The notes under the pieces were generated by a model. That model did not search any database. It saw only the letters and a list, made by a program, of their open reading frames with translations, and was not told the origin of the DNA. Positions 36,201-44,738 of a stretch of 64,000 nucleotides of DNA are shown here, piece by piece (position 1 is the stretch's first letter; every line of letters starts with the position of its first letter). The DNA is taken from contig JAPPNK010000026.1 of assembly GCA_028818695.1 (NCBI GenBank), positions 135,164 through 199,163 on the forward strand, read 5' to 3'. Source of the stretch: Candidatus Poribacteria bacterium (GTDB lineage Bacteria > Poribacteria > WGA-4E > GCA-2687025). The translations under genes were made by a program, and so were the position numbers.

Positions 36201-38250
36201 ACCCGTCTTGGAACCGGCGCTGGAGACGATCTACGCCATCGAAGAAACCGGCAAAACAAACGGACTGGAACGCGCCCTGCGCCACCTCGCTGCCGAAGCG
36301 GAACGCATCGCCGAAACCTACGCCGACATGGGAGCCGACCATGCGGGACCGCTCTTCAACAAAGTGATGGGTAATCAGGCGAGCGACGGCGCCTTCTTCA
36401 CAAGACCGCCGGCGGCGTCCATTGCCGCCCGGCTCACACTGGACGCATGCGAAGAAGCAGACGGCGAAACGGACTGGACAGACCCCGATACGTGGAAAGC
36501 GCATAAAACGATAGACCTCGCATGCGGAAGCGGAACGCTCCTGACCGCCATGCTGACCGACATGAAACGAAGGGCGAAAGAGCAAGGCGCCGACAAATCG
36601 CAAATCAGCGCGCTGCAGAAACTGGCGGTCGAAGAGACGATCAAAGGACTCGACATCAACCCCGTATCGCTACAACTGGCGGCGGCGCAGCTGACGGCGG
36701 GAAACCAGAAGATCAGCTACCGAAAGATGGGGCTTTATCAAATGCCCTACGGACCTCAGCCGAACGGACAAGCAGCGTCGGGAACGCTGGAGCTGCTGTC
36801 GCAAAAGGCGATCCTCCCGCGTGTAGAGCTGGGCATACCCGACCATCTGATCGAATCGGAAGCGGTGTGGAATCAGCATGACGACGCCGAGCTGGAAGAC
36901 GCTGTGGACGCCGCTAAAAACTGCCGCATTGTCATCATGAATCCGCCGTTTAGCAGTCGAGAGAAGATGGGCGAGAAGTTCATGAAGGAGGATCAAAAAG
37001 TGCTTCGGGCAAGATCCGACATTATGGCTAAACTTCTGATTGAAATAGATCGTGACATGGATGGATTCGTCAGTAAGTCCACAATAGCCCCCACTTTTGT
37101 TGCATTGGCTGATTACTGTTTGAATTCTGATTCCGCTGCGCTGACTATGGTACATCCTACAATAGCTCTGAGCAACACATCAGGATTGAAAGAACGAATC
37201 GTTCTCGCTCAACGCTATCATATACACACTGTGGTTACCTGCCATCAGCCAGGCCAAATGAACATGAGTCATAACATGAGTCTCAACGAAAGCATTATCA
37301 TCGCTATGCGACATAAAGAGAGGGGGTTTCCTCCTACAAGGTTCATCAACTTAGATCGAATGCCGTTTCAAGAAAGCGATGTGGAAGACCTGTATCAGTG
37401 CCTTGTTGAATGCGGCGATGGGTCAATTGCCAACGGATGGGGCGAGGTGTCCTACTGGCCGGCAAGCCGTATAAAAGCGGGCGATTGGACCCCCGCCGTC
37501 TGGCGGTCGCCTGAATTGGCGGAGGCGGCATATACATATGCTAACATCAATGAAATGCAATCTATCATAGATACTCTTGACCAGTCCCCTACAGCCACAG
37601 GCCCAGTGCTTCGCAGCTCTTTCAAGAGCACAACACCCGGCCAAAAAGGCAGTTTTCCGATATTGAAATCGAAAGGCGCCGACGCACAAAAACGGATTCA
37701 AGGCGAGCCAGATGAGTATTGGATCTCCAAAAAACAAAGCAAGGACGCCACACGAAAGATGCTGGCTAAAGTTGGCTATCTATTGATTACCGCAGGTCAA
37801 GACACCTCCACGGGGCGTCTCACAGCAGTTGCATGCGATACGAAATATGTAGGCAACGGCTGGATGCCGTTAACAGGGCTGTCTTTGGATGAAGCGAAAG
37901 CTCTAGCAGTGTTCATCAACTCGACGCCGGGGCGGCTGCAGTTGATGCGCAATCCTGGTATGAAACTGGCATTTCCTCAATACAGCGTGGCGGAAATCTC
38001 TAACATTCGCATCCCCGACATCCAAGACGCCCGCGTCTGCCGCATCTTAGCGGACTGCTGGGAAGCGACGAAAGAGATGTTGGTTCCGCAGTTCCGCGAC
38101 GGCGAATGCGAGGTTCGCGTCTTATGGGATGAGGCTGTCGCCGAAGCGATGGGCTGGGATCGGGCTGAGTTGGCTCGCCTGCGCCGCCTGCTTCACCAGG
38201 AGCCGCATGTTCGGGGGCTGGGCTATAACCAGTATGCCGACGAAGCGTAG
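33232..38250 (+). CDS. Type ISP-like single-polypeptide restriction-modification enzyme (Mrr-like nuclease + SF2 helicase-like ATPase + gamma-class N6-adenine methyltransferase + C-terminal TRD)
   Basis: Mrr_cat-like D...GIDVVAKRRSDGKHIAVQCK (about 33445-33504). Walker A LPCGTGKTRI (about 33911). DEAH box LIADEAHRT (about 34336). Motif VI QAVGRAMR (about 35118). MTase motif I DLACGSGTLL (about 36513) and motif IV NPPF (about 36937). 1672 aa, consistent with LlaGI/LlaBIII-type architecture. Confidence 0.7.
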   Translation: MQISNDSDRAIAEALDELNEMSSQATDGKWLEEITVDAGPHIRDWDVLECWSWADWPDRYRIFSVDSKTDLGIDVVAKRRSDGKHIAVQCKSRRLDEHGNGAPVLKHEMDKFISASANPFWAERWLVTNGSIPQSPQLQSALKLQSDSAKVKWVNIASALQQQQNAAVEYSDPCPHCEPNPDGEFRIQTKNCMQREAVKNSVRILKEHEQSDSGGLPIGQARGRIILPCGTGKTRISLRIVEKLTAQGELSIVLCPSIALVAQIRREYLQHNNVKIRALAVCSDKTAGYNPKKEDAVVNSDDPTIDRSNVSAAEVKGMVTTDPNEIAEWIQDPMSEGAVNVIFGTYQSGRRIAEALRQTETTAKVLIADEAHRTAGFRQTKGKNASKVEENIRSFTLCHDNDKFPATYRVYQTATPKQYSGAKQISKNADYIIRSMDDETVFGVELYRKSYVEAVENEWLSDYRIIALAINNHDAYEQANALAKKTLSKKLNTNNYIRGLAFALAMGGAAQDAGEDDIKLESCIAFMNTVDKSKNMAQDLQTDAVKQWVQKWLNENGQQDRKAADYSLEHLDASSNVTQRDNGKIKLADADETAPHGILNVGIFGEGTDSPSLSAVAFLEPRKSPIDVVQAVGRAMRTAPGKSYGYVICPIVIPANADPEQWLSTSEKEEGWEELGQILLALRAHDNRIEDELEKFLKLYIPPPPEIQKTIVAVARQEGKRIQYREHEGKPGDAERALQRALDGESYEAAGLTPLKEESTNEFSGVREKPALPKPSEPIQHTAIIAGKKNSDGGTEMRIASVQRDKPKANELVGKVNFDKSKKKAKDMINKGDGVRLPLPKPRTRRTEKERRELSGKLFLERSGLEESGKAICMNLLKKSGLCRNRVERDLNILEASVNEAAHHLRDEKMGAVLDKHFGLDRLKKTSGKQPADGSTTAALLMMNAAMLHQRICNGGWFKGVKSLSEIKNDARVIQRICREWERILREDFRPVLEPALETIYAIEETGKTNGLERALRHLAAEAERIAETYADMGADHAGPLFNKVMGNQASDGAFFTRPPAASIAARLTLDACEEADGETDWTDPDTWKAHKTIDLACGSGTLLTAMLTDMKRRAKEQGADKSQISALQKLAVEETIKGLDINPVSLQLAAAQLTAGNQKISYRKMGLYQMPYGPQPNGQAASGTLELLSQKAILPRVELGIPDHLIESEAVWNQHDDAELEDAVDAAKNCRIVIMNPPFSSREKMGEKFMKEDQKVLRARSDIMAKLLIEIDRDMDGFVSKSTIAPTFVALADYCLNSDSAALTMVHPTIALSNTSGLKERIVLAQRYHIHTVVTCHQPGQMNMSHNMSLNESIIIAMRHKERGFPPTRFINLDRMPFQESDVEDLYQCLVECGDGSIANGWGEVSYWPASRIKAGDWTPAVWRSPELAEAAYTYANINEMQSIIDTLDQSPTATGPVLRSSFKSTTPGQKGSFPILKSKGADAQKRIQGEPDEYWISKKQSKDATRKMLAKVGYLLITAGQDTSTGRLTAVACDTKYVGNGWMPLTGLSLDEAKALAVFINSTPGRLQLMRNPGMKLAFPQYSVAEISNIRIPDIQDARVCRILADCWEATKEMLVPQFRDGECEVRVLWDEAVAEAMGWDRAELARLRRLLHQEPHVRGLGYNQYADEA

Positions 38251-38357
38251 GACGGATAGGCGGCGGGCGCAGCGGTTTCCCAAACCGCGCCCTTGACAAC
38301 GCATCGGCGCGTCTGGCACACTTTCGTCAGCGTCGGCGGTTGAATGGAGAGAGTAAA

Positions 38358-38873
38358 ATGGCGGCTGCGGCATCCAAGGGCGCAGAATTCTATCTCAAAC
38401 GCGGTCGGCTCTACGCAGACAAGGGCAAACTAGAGCGCGCCGCTGCGGAATACACAAAGGCGATAGAGCTGTATCCCGACGATCAGAAGGCGTATCGTCT
38501 CCGCGCAGAGGCGTACCGCGCAGCGGGCGACCTTGACCAGGCTCTTGCGGACATCAACAAAGCGGTTGATCTGGACATCTATGACGCCCAGGCGTTCATG
38601 CTCCGCGGGCTGATCCATAAAGACAGGGGCGAGATGGCTGATTACGAGGAGGAGTTTCGCGTCGCCGTTCTGCTTGACGGCGAACTGGTGAACCACGAAA
38701 CGCATGGGGCGGAGTTTGCGCGTATCAAGAAGGCTGACGAGGAAGAGGAGGCGGAGTGGGACGAACTTGTCAGCCAGCCGGAAGCGGAGGCGCTGTTTGA
38801 GGAATGGGAAGCGGAGGCGCTGGAGGAGCGTCAAGCGGGGAAAACGAAGCCTCTGGATCCTGAGGCTCTATAA
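38358..38873 (+). CDS. TPR protein with acidic C-terminal tail (cassette copy 1)
   Basis: ATG with GGAGAG SD (track ORF starts at upstream TTG 38340). TPR-like repeats. Acidic tail EEEEAEWDEL...EEWEAEALEE. Stop overlaps the start of the next gene (TAATG). Confidence 0.7.
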   Translation: MAAAASKGAEFYLKRGRLYADKGKLERAAAEYTKAIELYPDDQKAYRLRAEAYRAAGDLDQALADINKAVDLDIYDAQAFMLRGLIHKDRGEMADYEEEFRVAVLLDGELVNHETHGAEFARIKKADEEEEAEWDELVSQPEAEALFEEWEAEALEERQAGKTKPLDPEAL

Positions 38874-39154
38874 TGCGCTCGCGCACAACTTCGCGGTTTC
38901 GAAAGCAATTCAGGCTTCTTCCAAAGGAAGTCCGGCAACGGGCAAAGGAGGCATACCGCCTATTTGAAACGAACCCCCGCCATCCCGCCTTACGATTTAA
39001 AAAATTACGCGGCAGCAGCCGCAGATATTCGGTTCGTTTTTATAAAAAATACCGCGCTCTAGCCAGAAAAACGGATGAGGGCGACCTCGAATGGTATTCT
39101 ATTGGATCGCATGCGACATACGACCAAGATATAGAGAACAAGAAGCTGGGATAG
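38873..39154 (+). CDS. RelE/ParE-fold toxin-like small protein (copy 1, divergent/shorter)
   Basis: 93 aa; FRLLPKEVRQRAKEAYRLFETNPRHPALRFKKL...YSVR...YRA family pattern. C-terminus diverges from copies 2 and 3 (no WFWIGPHDEY). Confidence 0.55.
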   Translation: MRSRTTSRFRKQFRLLPKEVRQRAKEAYRLFETNPRHPALRFKKLRGSSRRYSVRFYKKYRALARKTDEGDLEWYSIGSHATYDQDIENKKLG

Positions 39155-39284
39155 CGCCGCATGGTTTCCGCGCCCCCTTCTCGTTCTTCCCGCCTTGCGA
39201 TAAAATATGCGGGAATCCAGATTATGCGCCGCCCCGTATCAACTTGACGCGCATACCAGCAGACGGTTAAATGGAGAAAGTACA

Positions 39285-39800
39285 ATGGCGGCTGCGGCAT
39301 CCAAGGACGCAGAATTCTATCTCAAACGCGGTCGGCTCTACGCCGACAAGGGCAAATTAGAGCGCGCCGCTGCGGAATACACGAAGGCGATAGAGCTGTA
39401 TCCCGACTATCAGAAGGCGTATCGTCTCCGCGCAGAGGCGTACCGCACAGCGGGCGACCTTGACAGCGCCCTTGACGACATCAATAAGGCGGTTGATCTG
39501 GACCTCTACGATGCGCAGGCGTTCATGCTCCGCGGATTGATTCATAAAGACAGGGGCGAGATTGAGGACTACGAAGAAGAGTTTCGCGTCGCCGTTCTGC
39601 TTGACGGCGATTTGGTGAGCCATGAAACGCATGGGGAGGAGTTTGCGCGTATCCTGAAAGCGTATGAAGAATCGGAGGCAATATGGGAAGAACTATTCAG
39701 TCGCCCCGAGTCGGACGCATTCTTATTAAAGATGGCGGAAGAGGCGCTGGAGGATCACAGGCAGGGCAAAACGAAGCCGCTTAAGCTAGAAGATCTATAG
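39285..39800 (+). CDS. TPR protein with acidic C-terminal tail (cassette copy 2)
   Basis: 5' 200+ nt nearly identical to copies 1 and 3; GGAGAAAG SD. Confidence 0.7.
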   Translation: MAAAASKDAEFYLKRGRLYADKGKLERAAAEYTKAIELYPDYQKAYRLRAEAYRTAGDLDSALDDINKAVDLDLYDAQAFMLRGLIHKDRGEIEDYEEEFRVAVLLDGDLVSHETHGEEFARILKAYEESEAIWEELFSRPESDAFLLKMAEEALEDHRQGKTKPLKLEDL

Positions 39801-39802
39801 GC

Positions 39803-40135
39803 ATGCGCTCGTTTACATGCCCGCGCTTCTGGAGGGAGTTCCGCGCGCTTCCAGAAGATGTGCAAAGACAGGCGCGCAAATCCTATTCATATTTCAAAGA
39901 CAATCCCCGCCATCCAAGCCTCCGTTTTAAACAGATATCGAGAATTGTCGGCTTATGGTCTGCCAGCGTTGATCAAAATTACCGCGCGATGGGCGCGATA
40001 TCGGGTGAGAACGAGATCATGTGGTTCTGGATCGGGCCGCATGACGAATATGAGCGTAAGATCAACGATCCGAATATCGCGCGATCAGTTGAAATGGCGC
40101 GGAAAAATTTAGCCGACCGCCGCTCTAAACGCTGA
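39803..40135 (+). CDS. RelE/ParE-fold toxin-like small protein (copy 2)
   Basis: 110 aa; FRALPEDVQRQARKSY.YFKDNPRHPSLRFKQI...YRAMG...EIMWFWIGPHDEY, resembling the RelE/ParE C-terminal beta-sheet region ending IG.H..Y. Confidence 0.6.
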   Translation: MRSFTCPRFWREFRALPEDVQRQARKSYSYFKDNPRHPSLRFKQISRIVGLWSASVDQNYRAMGAISGENEIMWFWIGPHDEYERKINDPNIARSVEMARKNLADRRSKR

Positions 40136-40225
40136 ACCGAAACAGCGCCGCGCCTCTCATTTGACAGCGCATAGGCGCGTCTGGCACACTTTAGGCAGCG
40201 TCGGCGGTTGAATGGAGAGTGTAAA

Positions 40226-40729
40226 ATGGCGGTTTCGGCATCCAAGGACGCAGAATTCTATCTCAAACGCGGTCGGCTCTATGCAGACAAGGGCAAACTA
40301 GAGCGCGCCGCTGCGCAATACACGAAGGCGATAGAGCTGTATCCCGACGATCAGAAGGCGTATCGTCTCCGCGCAGAGGCGTACCGCGCAGCGGGCGACC
40401 TTGACCGCGCCCTTGCGGACATCAATAAGGCGGTTGATCTGGACCTCTACGACGCGCAGGCGTTCATGCTCCGCGGGCTGATCTATAAAGACAGGGGCGA
40501 GATTGAGGACTACGAAGAAGAGTTTCGCGTCGCCGTCCTGCTTGACGGCGAGCTGGTGAACCACGAAACGCATGGGGAGGAGTTTGCGCGCATCCTGAAA
40601 GCTGACGAGGAAGAGGAGGCGAAATGGGAAGAGACGTTCAAGCTGCCCGAATCGCAAATCTTCCTAAAAAAGATGGCGGAAGAAGCGCTGGAGGCGCATC
40701 GTCAGGGCAAAACGAAGCCGCTAAATTAG
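40226..40729 (+). CDS. TPR protein with acidic C-terminal tail (cassette copy 3)
   Basis: As copies 1 and 2; conserved leader upstream (40170-40225). Confidence 0.7.
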   Translation: MAVSASKDAEFYLKRGRLYADKGKLERAAAQYTKAIELYPDDQKAYRLRAEAYRAAGDLDRALADINKAVDLDLYDAQAFMLRGLIYKDRGEIEDYEEEFRVAVLLDGELVNHETHGEEFARILKADEEEEAKWEETFKLPESQIFLKKMAEEALEAHRQGKTKPLN

Positions 40730-40745
40730 AATATCTGATGTAAGC

Positions 40746-41078
40746 ATGCGCTCGTTTATATGCCCGCGATTCGTGAAGGAGTACCGCGCGCTTCCAAAGG
40801 CCGTCCGTATCAAGGCTCGCAAAGCCTACTCTTTCTTCAAGATAAATCCGAGATACCCAAGCCTCCACTTTAAGCCTGTAATCAGCAGCATCGGGCTGTA
40901 TTCCGCCCGAGCGGATAAGAATTACAGGGCGTTGGGCGCGGTATCAAGTGAGAACGAGATCATGTGGTTCTGGATCGGCCCGCATGACGAATACATGCGC
41001 AAGATCAACGATCCAAATATCGTCAGGTCTGTTGAAATGGCGCGGGAACGTCTAGCCGACCGCCGCCCTAAACGCTAA
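40746..41078 (+). CDS. RelE/ParE-fold toxin-like small protein (copy 3)
   Basis: 110 aa; about 75% identical to copy 2; same WFWIGPHDEY C-terminal motif. Confidence 0.6.
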   Translation: MRSFICPRFVKEYRALPKAVRIKARKAYSFFKINPRYPSLHFKPVISSIGLYSARADKNYRALGAVSSENEIMWFWIGPHDEYMRKINDPNIVRSVEMARERLADRRPKR

Positions 41079-42093
41079 ACCGAAATAGCATCGCGTCCCC
41101 GTCCTGAACGACGTACTCTTTCCCTTCCAGCCGAAGCTTCCCGCTGGAGCGCAGTTTGGAGAACGACCCCGCCTCGGCGAGCTCGTCCCAGCGGCATGTC
41201 TCTGCGCGGATGAACCCTTTCGCCATGTCCGTATGCACCGACTCCGCCGCCTCTAGAGCCGTCGCCCCGCGCGGCAGAAGGCGCATGCGCGTCTCTTCCT
41301 CGTTCGCCGTGAAAAAGGCGCACACCTCCAGCGCCTCATACGCCGCCTCCGTCAACCGCTTCATTGCCGATTCTTCAGGCAAACCCAGATCGACTCGGAA
41401 CGCAAGAGCCTCTTCCTCCGGCAGCTGCGTCAGCTCCGCCTCCAGCTCCGCGCACACCTCAACGCAAACCCCTCCGCCCGGCGCATCCGCTTGCCGTTCC
41501 GCCTCCTCGCCCGCGTTTATAACGGCGATGAGCGGCTTCATCGACAAAAACTGAAACCCGCGCGTGAGCCGCTCCTCTTCGGCAGACGTCTTGAGTTCGC
41601 GCAGCGGACGCCCCGCCTCCAGCGCCTCCTGAAAACGCAGCAGAACGTCCCGCTCTTTCAGCTGCTCAGGGTCTTTCTTGACCTGTATCTCCCGTTTCAG
41701 GCTTACGAAGCGGTTCTCGATGATCTGCAGGTCTGCTAGGACAAACTCATCCTCCAGCGTCTGCGCGTCCCTTTTCGGATCAATCGACCCGGCGATATGC
41801 GGCGCGGCATCGTTCTCAAACGCGCGCAGCGTATGCGCGAGCGCGTCCGCTGTCCGCGCGTCAGGATTAACATACCCCTTCGACGGCGGCGCCAGATCGA
41901 CAAACGTGAAGGCGGCGCGGTGAACCTTCGGCGCGCCGACCCCCTCCGCAATCGCCGAAAGCCGCGGATCGTCGATGGGAACGGCGGCTGCGCGGTTTTG
42001 GCGCCGCCCGTCCGGCGGGCTAAACGATCCGGTGAGCGCATTAAAGAGCGTCGTTTTACCTGAAAAAGGCAGTCCAACCAGAGCGATTTCCAT
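41068..42093 (-). CDS. ychF: YchF/Obg-family P-loop GTPase/ATPase (ribosome-binding ATPase-like) with C-terminal TGS-like domain
   Basis: GLPFSGKTTLFNALT G1 motif; C-terminal GFIRAE segment typical of YchF. Confidence 0.7.
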   Translation of the reverse strand: MEIALVGLPFSGKTTLFNALTGSFSPPDGRRQNRAAAVPIDDPRLSAIAEGVGAPKVHRAAFTFVDLAPPSKGYVNPDARTADALAHTLRAFENDAAPHIAGSIDPKRDAQTLEDEFVLADLQIIENRFVSLKREIQVKKDPEQLKERDVLLRFQEALEAGRPLRELKTSAEEERLTRGFQFLSMKPLIAVINAGEEAERQADAPGGGVCVEVCAELEAELTQLPEEEALAFRVDLGLPEESAMKRLTEAAYEALEVCAFFTANEEETRMRLLPRGATALEAAESVHTDMAKGFIRAETCRWDELAEAGSFSKLRSSGKLRLEGKEYVVQDGDAMLFRFSV

Positions 42094-42105
42094 CAGCGGC
42101 TCAAC

Positions 42106-43212
42106 TCACTCCCGCCATTCCGCCTTGGGCGGATGGACGAAATTATGAAACGCCCCCTCAATGTCCGCTTCCAGATGTCCGCCCGCATGCGCCGCCACCT
42201 GATACCGAAACGTCAGCGTTTCTCCCGCTTTGAGCGTGAAGCTTCCGTCCCCGTCGATGAGCTGCCCGCCGCGCTGGAAGGTTCCGCGCCCAAAGATGTT
42301 CGTCCCCATCAAGCCGTAGTTGCGCACATGCCAGTGGCACGGGTAGCGCGGGTTGGAGATATGGTCAAGCGTCGCAATGCCGGCGCGGACGCCGTCGGCG
42401 AGTCCCGAATAGTCGCACCAGTTGGCGCGCTTGCCCCATGTCTCCGCCTCGTTGACGCCGCCAAACGAGTTCACGATCCGCCCCGTGTTCGACACCTTCA
42501 AGCTCGGCGCGACGCGGACGCACATGATCCCCGCCTCTTTGGTGTCGCCGAAGACAACGTCGCCCTCGCTCGCCTTGAAGACGATCTTCGACTCAATAAT
42601 CCTCCGCGTTGAAGGCAGATTGTAGATGCGCCAGACGATCTCGTCGGTCATGAGCGCGTTGCCGTCCTTGTCCTGCCAGACGCTTTCGGCGTTGATCTGG
42701 GCGAAGACGGCGCCGCCCGTTCCGCTTGCCGACATCGCCTTCACGCTGCCTGAATTCTTGCCTTCGCCCCAGCAGTCGGCGCCGTTCACCTCGCCGTAGG
42801 CGACATAGAGCGAGCGGTGGTGGATATGATCGGACGGATCCTCTTCGGTCAGCTCCTTCCCGCCTGGTCCGAGGACAGGGTAGAAGTACGGCCGCTTGCG
42901 TTCGGTTGAGTACAGGTAGGTTGTGAACGCCTCCCCGCCGACGCGGACCCACATGCTCTCGCCGTCGTCGTCCAGCTGCACGAGTTCGGGCGAAGGGTAC
43001 GGATGCGTTTCATATGTCCGAGTTTCCCCTGCCGAGAGACAGTCCGCGATGAAAGCGAGACGCCCGTCCGAGGTCGCCTGCGCAGGCAGAGAAGCGCCTG
43101 TAGATTTGTCCAAGACGCGGACGGGACCTTCAACAGGCTGCGGAGTTTTCACAAAAACAGGGCATTGGCGGCGGTCATGCTCCCCAGCGTTCACAACAAT
43201 AAGCGGCATCAA
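42106..43212 (-). CDS. PmoA-like / DUF6807-family protein
   Basis: 368 aa; conserved segments HIHHRSLYVAYGEVNG, RYPCHWHVRNYGL typical of PmoA-family proteins in Planctomycetota/Verrucomicrobiota-type genomes. Confidence 0.5.
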   Translation of the reverse strand: MMPLIVVNAGEHDRRQCPVFVKTPQPVEGPVRVLDKSTGASLPAQATSDGRLAFIADCLSAGETRTYETHPYPSPELVQLDDDGESMWVRVGGEAFTTYLYSTERKRPYFYPVLGPGGKELTEEDPSDHIHHRSLYVAYGEVNGADCWGEGKNSGSVKAMSASGTGGAVFAQINAESVWQDKDGNALMTDEIVWRIYNLPSTRRIIESKIVFKASEGDVVFGDTKEAGIMCVRVAPSLKVSNTGRIVNSFGGVNEAETWGKRANWCDYSGLADGVRAGIATLDHISNPRYPCHWHVRNYGLMGTNIFGRGTFQRGGQLIDGDGSFTLKAGETLTFRYQVAAHAGGHLEADIEGAFHNFVHPPKAEWRE

Positions 43213-43509
43213 AAAGCTCCATCTGATAAAGCGGCGCGGTCATGTCATCATGCGCCCATCATAAACCGACGCCGCCTCCAACGCAAGAGCGCGGCGATGT
43301 TGGCAGTACATTTAGAACGGGGAACGGGAAGGGAATCTTAAAAGAGACATCTCCCGACCAGACGCCATCGCCATCCATAACCTCGTTGGAGCGTACTGCC
43401 CGCCGCCGCTTCTTGAGAATCTGGCGGAAGCTGCTAGACTGCATGCGCCTCGCCTCCTGTTTAGTTAGTCAGGCGCAGCATCTATTTTGTTTTGTTAAAA
43501 GGAGACGTC

Positions 43510-44667
43510 ATGCCGCGCGTCCAGACCGGGCTTGAAACGCTTGCCGCTTCGGACTTCAAGGCGGTACGAAACATGCGCGTCGGCCTCATCACAAACCAGA
43601 CGGGCGTCGATTCGCGTTTTGAGGACAACGCTTCGCTCATCGTTCGGTCGGGGAAGGCGCAGCTGACGGCGCTCTTTGCGCCGGAGCATGGGCTTCTCGG
43701 AACGCAGCAGGCGGGAGGGAAAGTGGCGGACGGGCGGGAGCGCCGTTTTCAGATCCCGGCGCATTCGCTTTACGGGAAGCTGCGCGAGCCGTCCGACGCC
43801 CAGCTGGAAAACATCGACGCGCTTGTGTATGACATTCAACCCGTCGGCGCCCGCTACTACACCTATCTTTCAACCTTGAAGGGCTGTCTCGAAAAAGCGG
43901 CGGAGGCGGGCGTCCGCTTTGTCGTGTTAGACCGCCCGAACCCGCTTGGCGGCGAGGCGGCGGAGGGCTTTCCGCCGTTTGACGACAGGTTCCGCTCTTT
44001 CGTCTCATGCGCCCCCGCCCCGATACGGCATGCCCTCACCGCCGGCGAATTCGCCCGCTGGATCGTTCATGAAGAGGCGCTGGACATCGATCTCAAGGTC
44101 GTCCCGATGCGCGGATGGAAGCGCTCAATGTACTACGCCGACACGGGGCTGCCATGGGTCGCGCCGTCTCCGAACATGCCGACGCCGGCGACCGCGCTGG
44201 CGTACCCGGCGTCCTGCCTCATCGAAGGGACGAACGCGAGCGAGGGGCGCGGAACGACGCAGCCGTTTGAGCTGTTTGGGGCGCCCTGGGCGGACGCTCA
44301 CCGCTTCTGCGCGGATCTGAACGGGCTTGGGCTGCCGGGCGTCTGGTTCCGCCCTGCGTCGTTCAAGCCGTCTTTTTCTAAACACGCGGGGGAAGTGTGC
44401 GAAGGGGCGCAGATGCATATCGCGGAGCCGCGGGCGTTACGCGCCGTTGAAACCGGCATGGAGCTGCTTGCCGCGCTGCGCCGCCAGAGCGGTCGGTTTG
44501 CGTTCATCGGCGCTGAAAACCGGAAGATGATCGATCTGCTGCTCGGAAACGACGCCCCCCGGCGGGCGTTGGAAGCGGGCGCTGAAGGCAGGGAGGCTGC
44601 CGCCGGCTGGGAGGCGCGCGCGCAGGCATGGCAGGAAAAAACCGCCCCCTTCCGCCTTTACGATTGA
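43510..44667 (+). CDS. DUF1343 (exo-beta-N-acetylmuramidase NamZ-like) protein
   Basis: RVGLITNQTG...LFAPEHG...DIQPVGARYYTY...VLDRPNPLGG motifs; GGAGA SD before ATG 43510. Confidence 0.7.
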   Translation: MPRVQTGLETLAASDFKAVRNMRVGLITNQTGVDSRFEDNASLIVRSGKAQLTALFAPEHGLLGTQQAGGKVADGRERRFQIPAHSLYGKLREPSDAQLENIDALVYDIQPVGARYYTYLSTLKGCLEKAAEAGVRFVVLDRPNPLGGEAAEGFPPFDDRFRSFVSCAPAPIRHALTAGEFARWIVHEEALDIDLKVVPMRGWKRSMYYADTGLPWVAPSPNMPTPATALAYPASCLIEGTNASEGRGTTQPFELFGAPWADAHRFCADLNGLGLPGVWFRPASFKPSFSKHAGEVCEGAQMHIAEPRALRAVETGMELLAALRRQSGRFAFIGAENRKMIDLLLGNDAPRRALEAGAEGREAAAGWEARAQAWQEKTAPFRLYD

Positions 44668-44738
44668 CGCCCGCGCTTTGACAACGCCGCCCCGTTCCAG
44701 TACACTCATCCCCAACATCACAAAGCGGGAATCTCAAC

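Noticed and set aside
39244-39272. Near-consensus sigma70 promoter TTGACG-17-TTAAAT upstream of TPR copy 2
   Set aside because: The -10 ends only 12 nt before the ATG, so the transcript would lack the GGAGAAAG SD. Probably fortuitous; the real promoter is more likely in the conserved leader further upstream.
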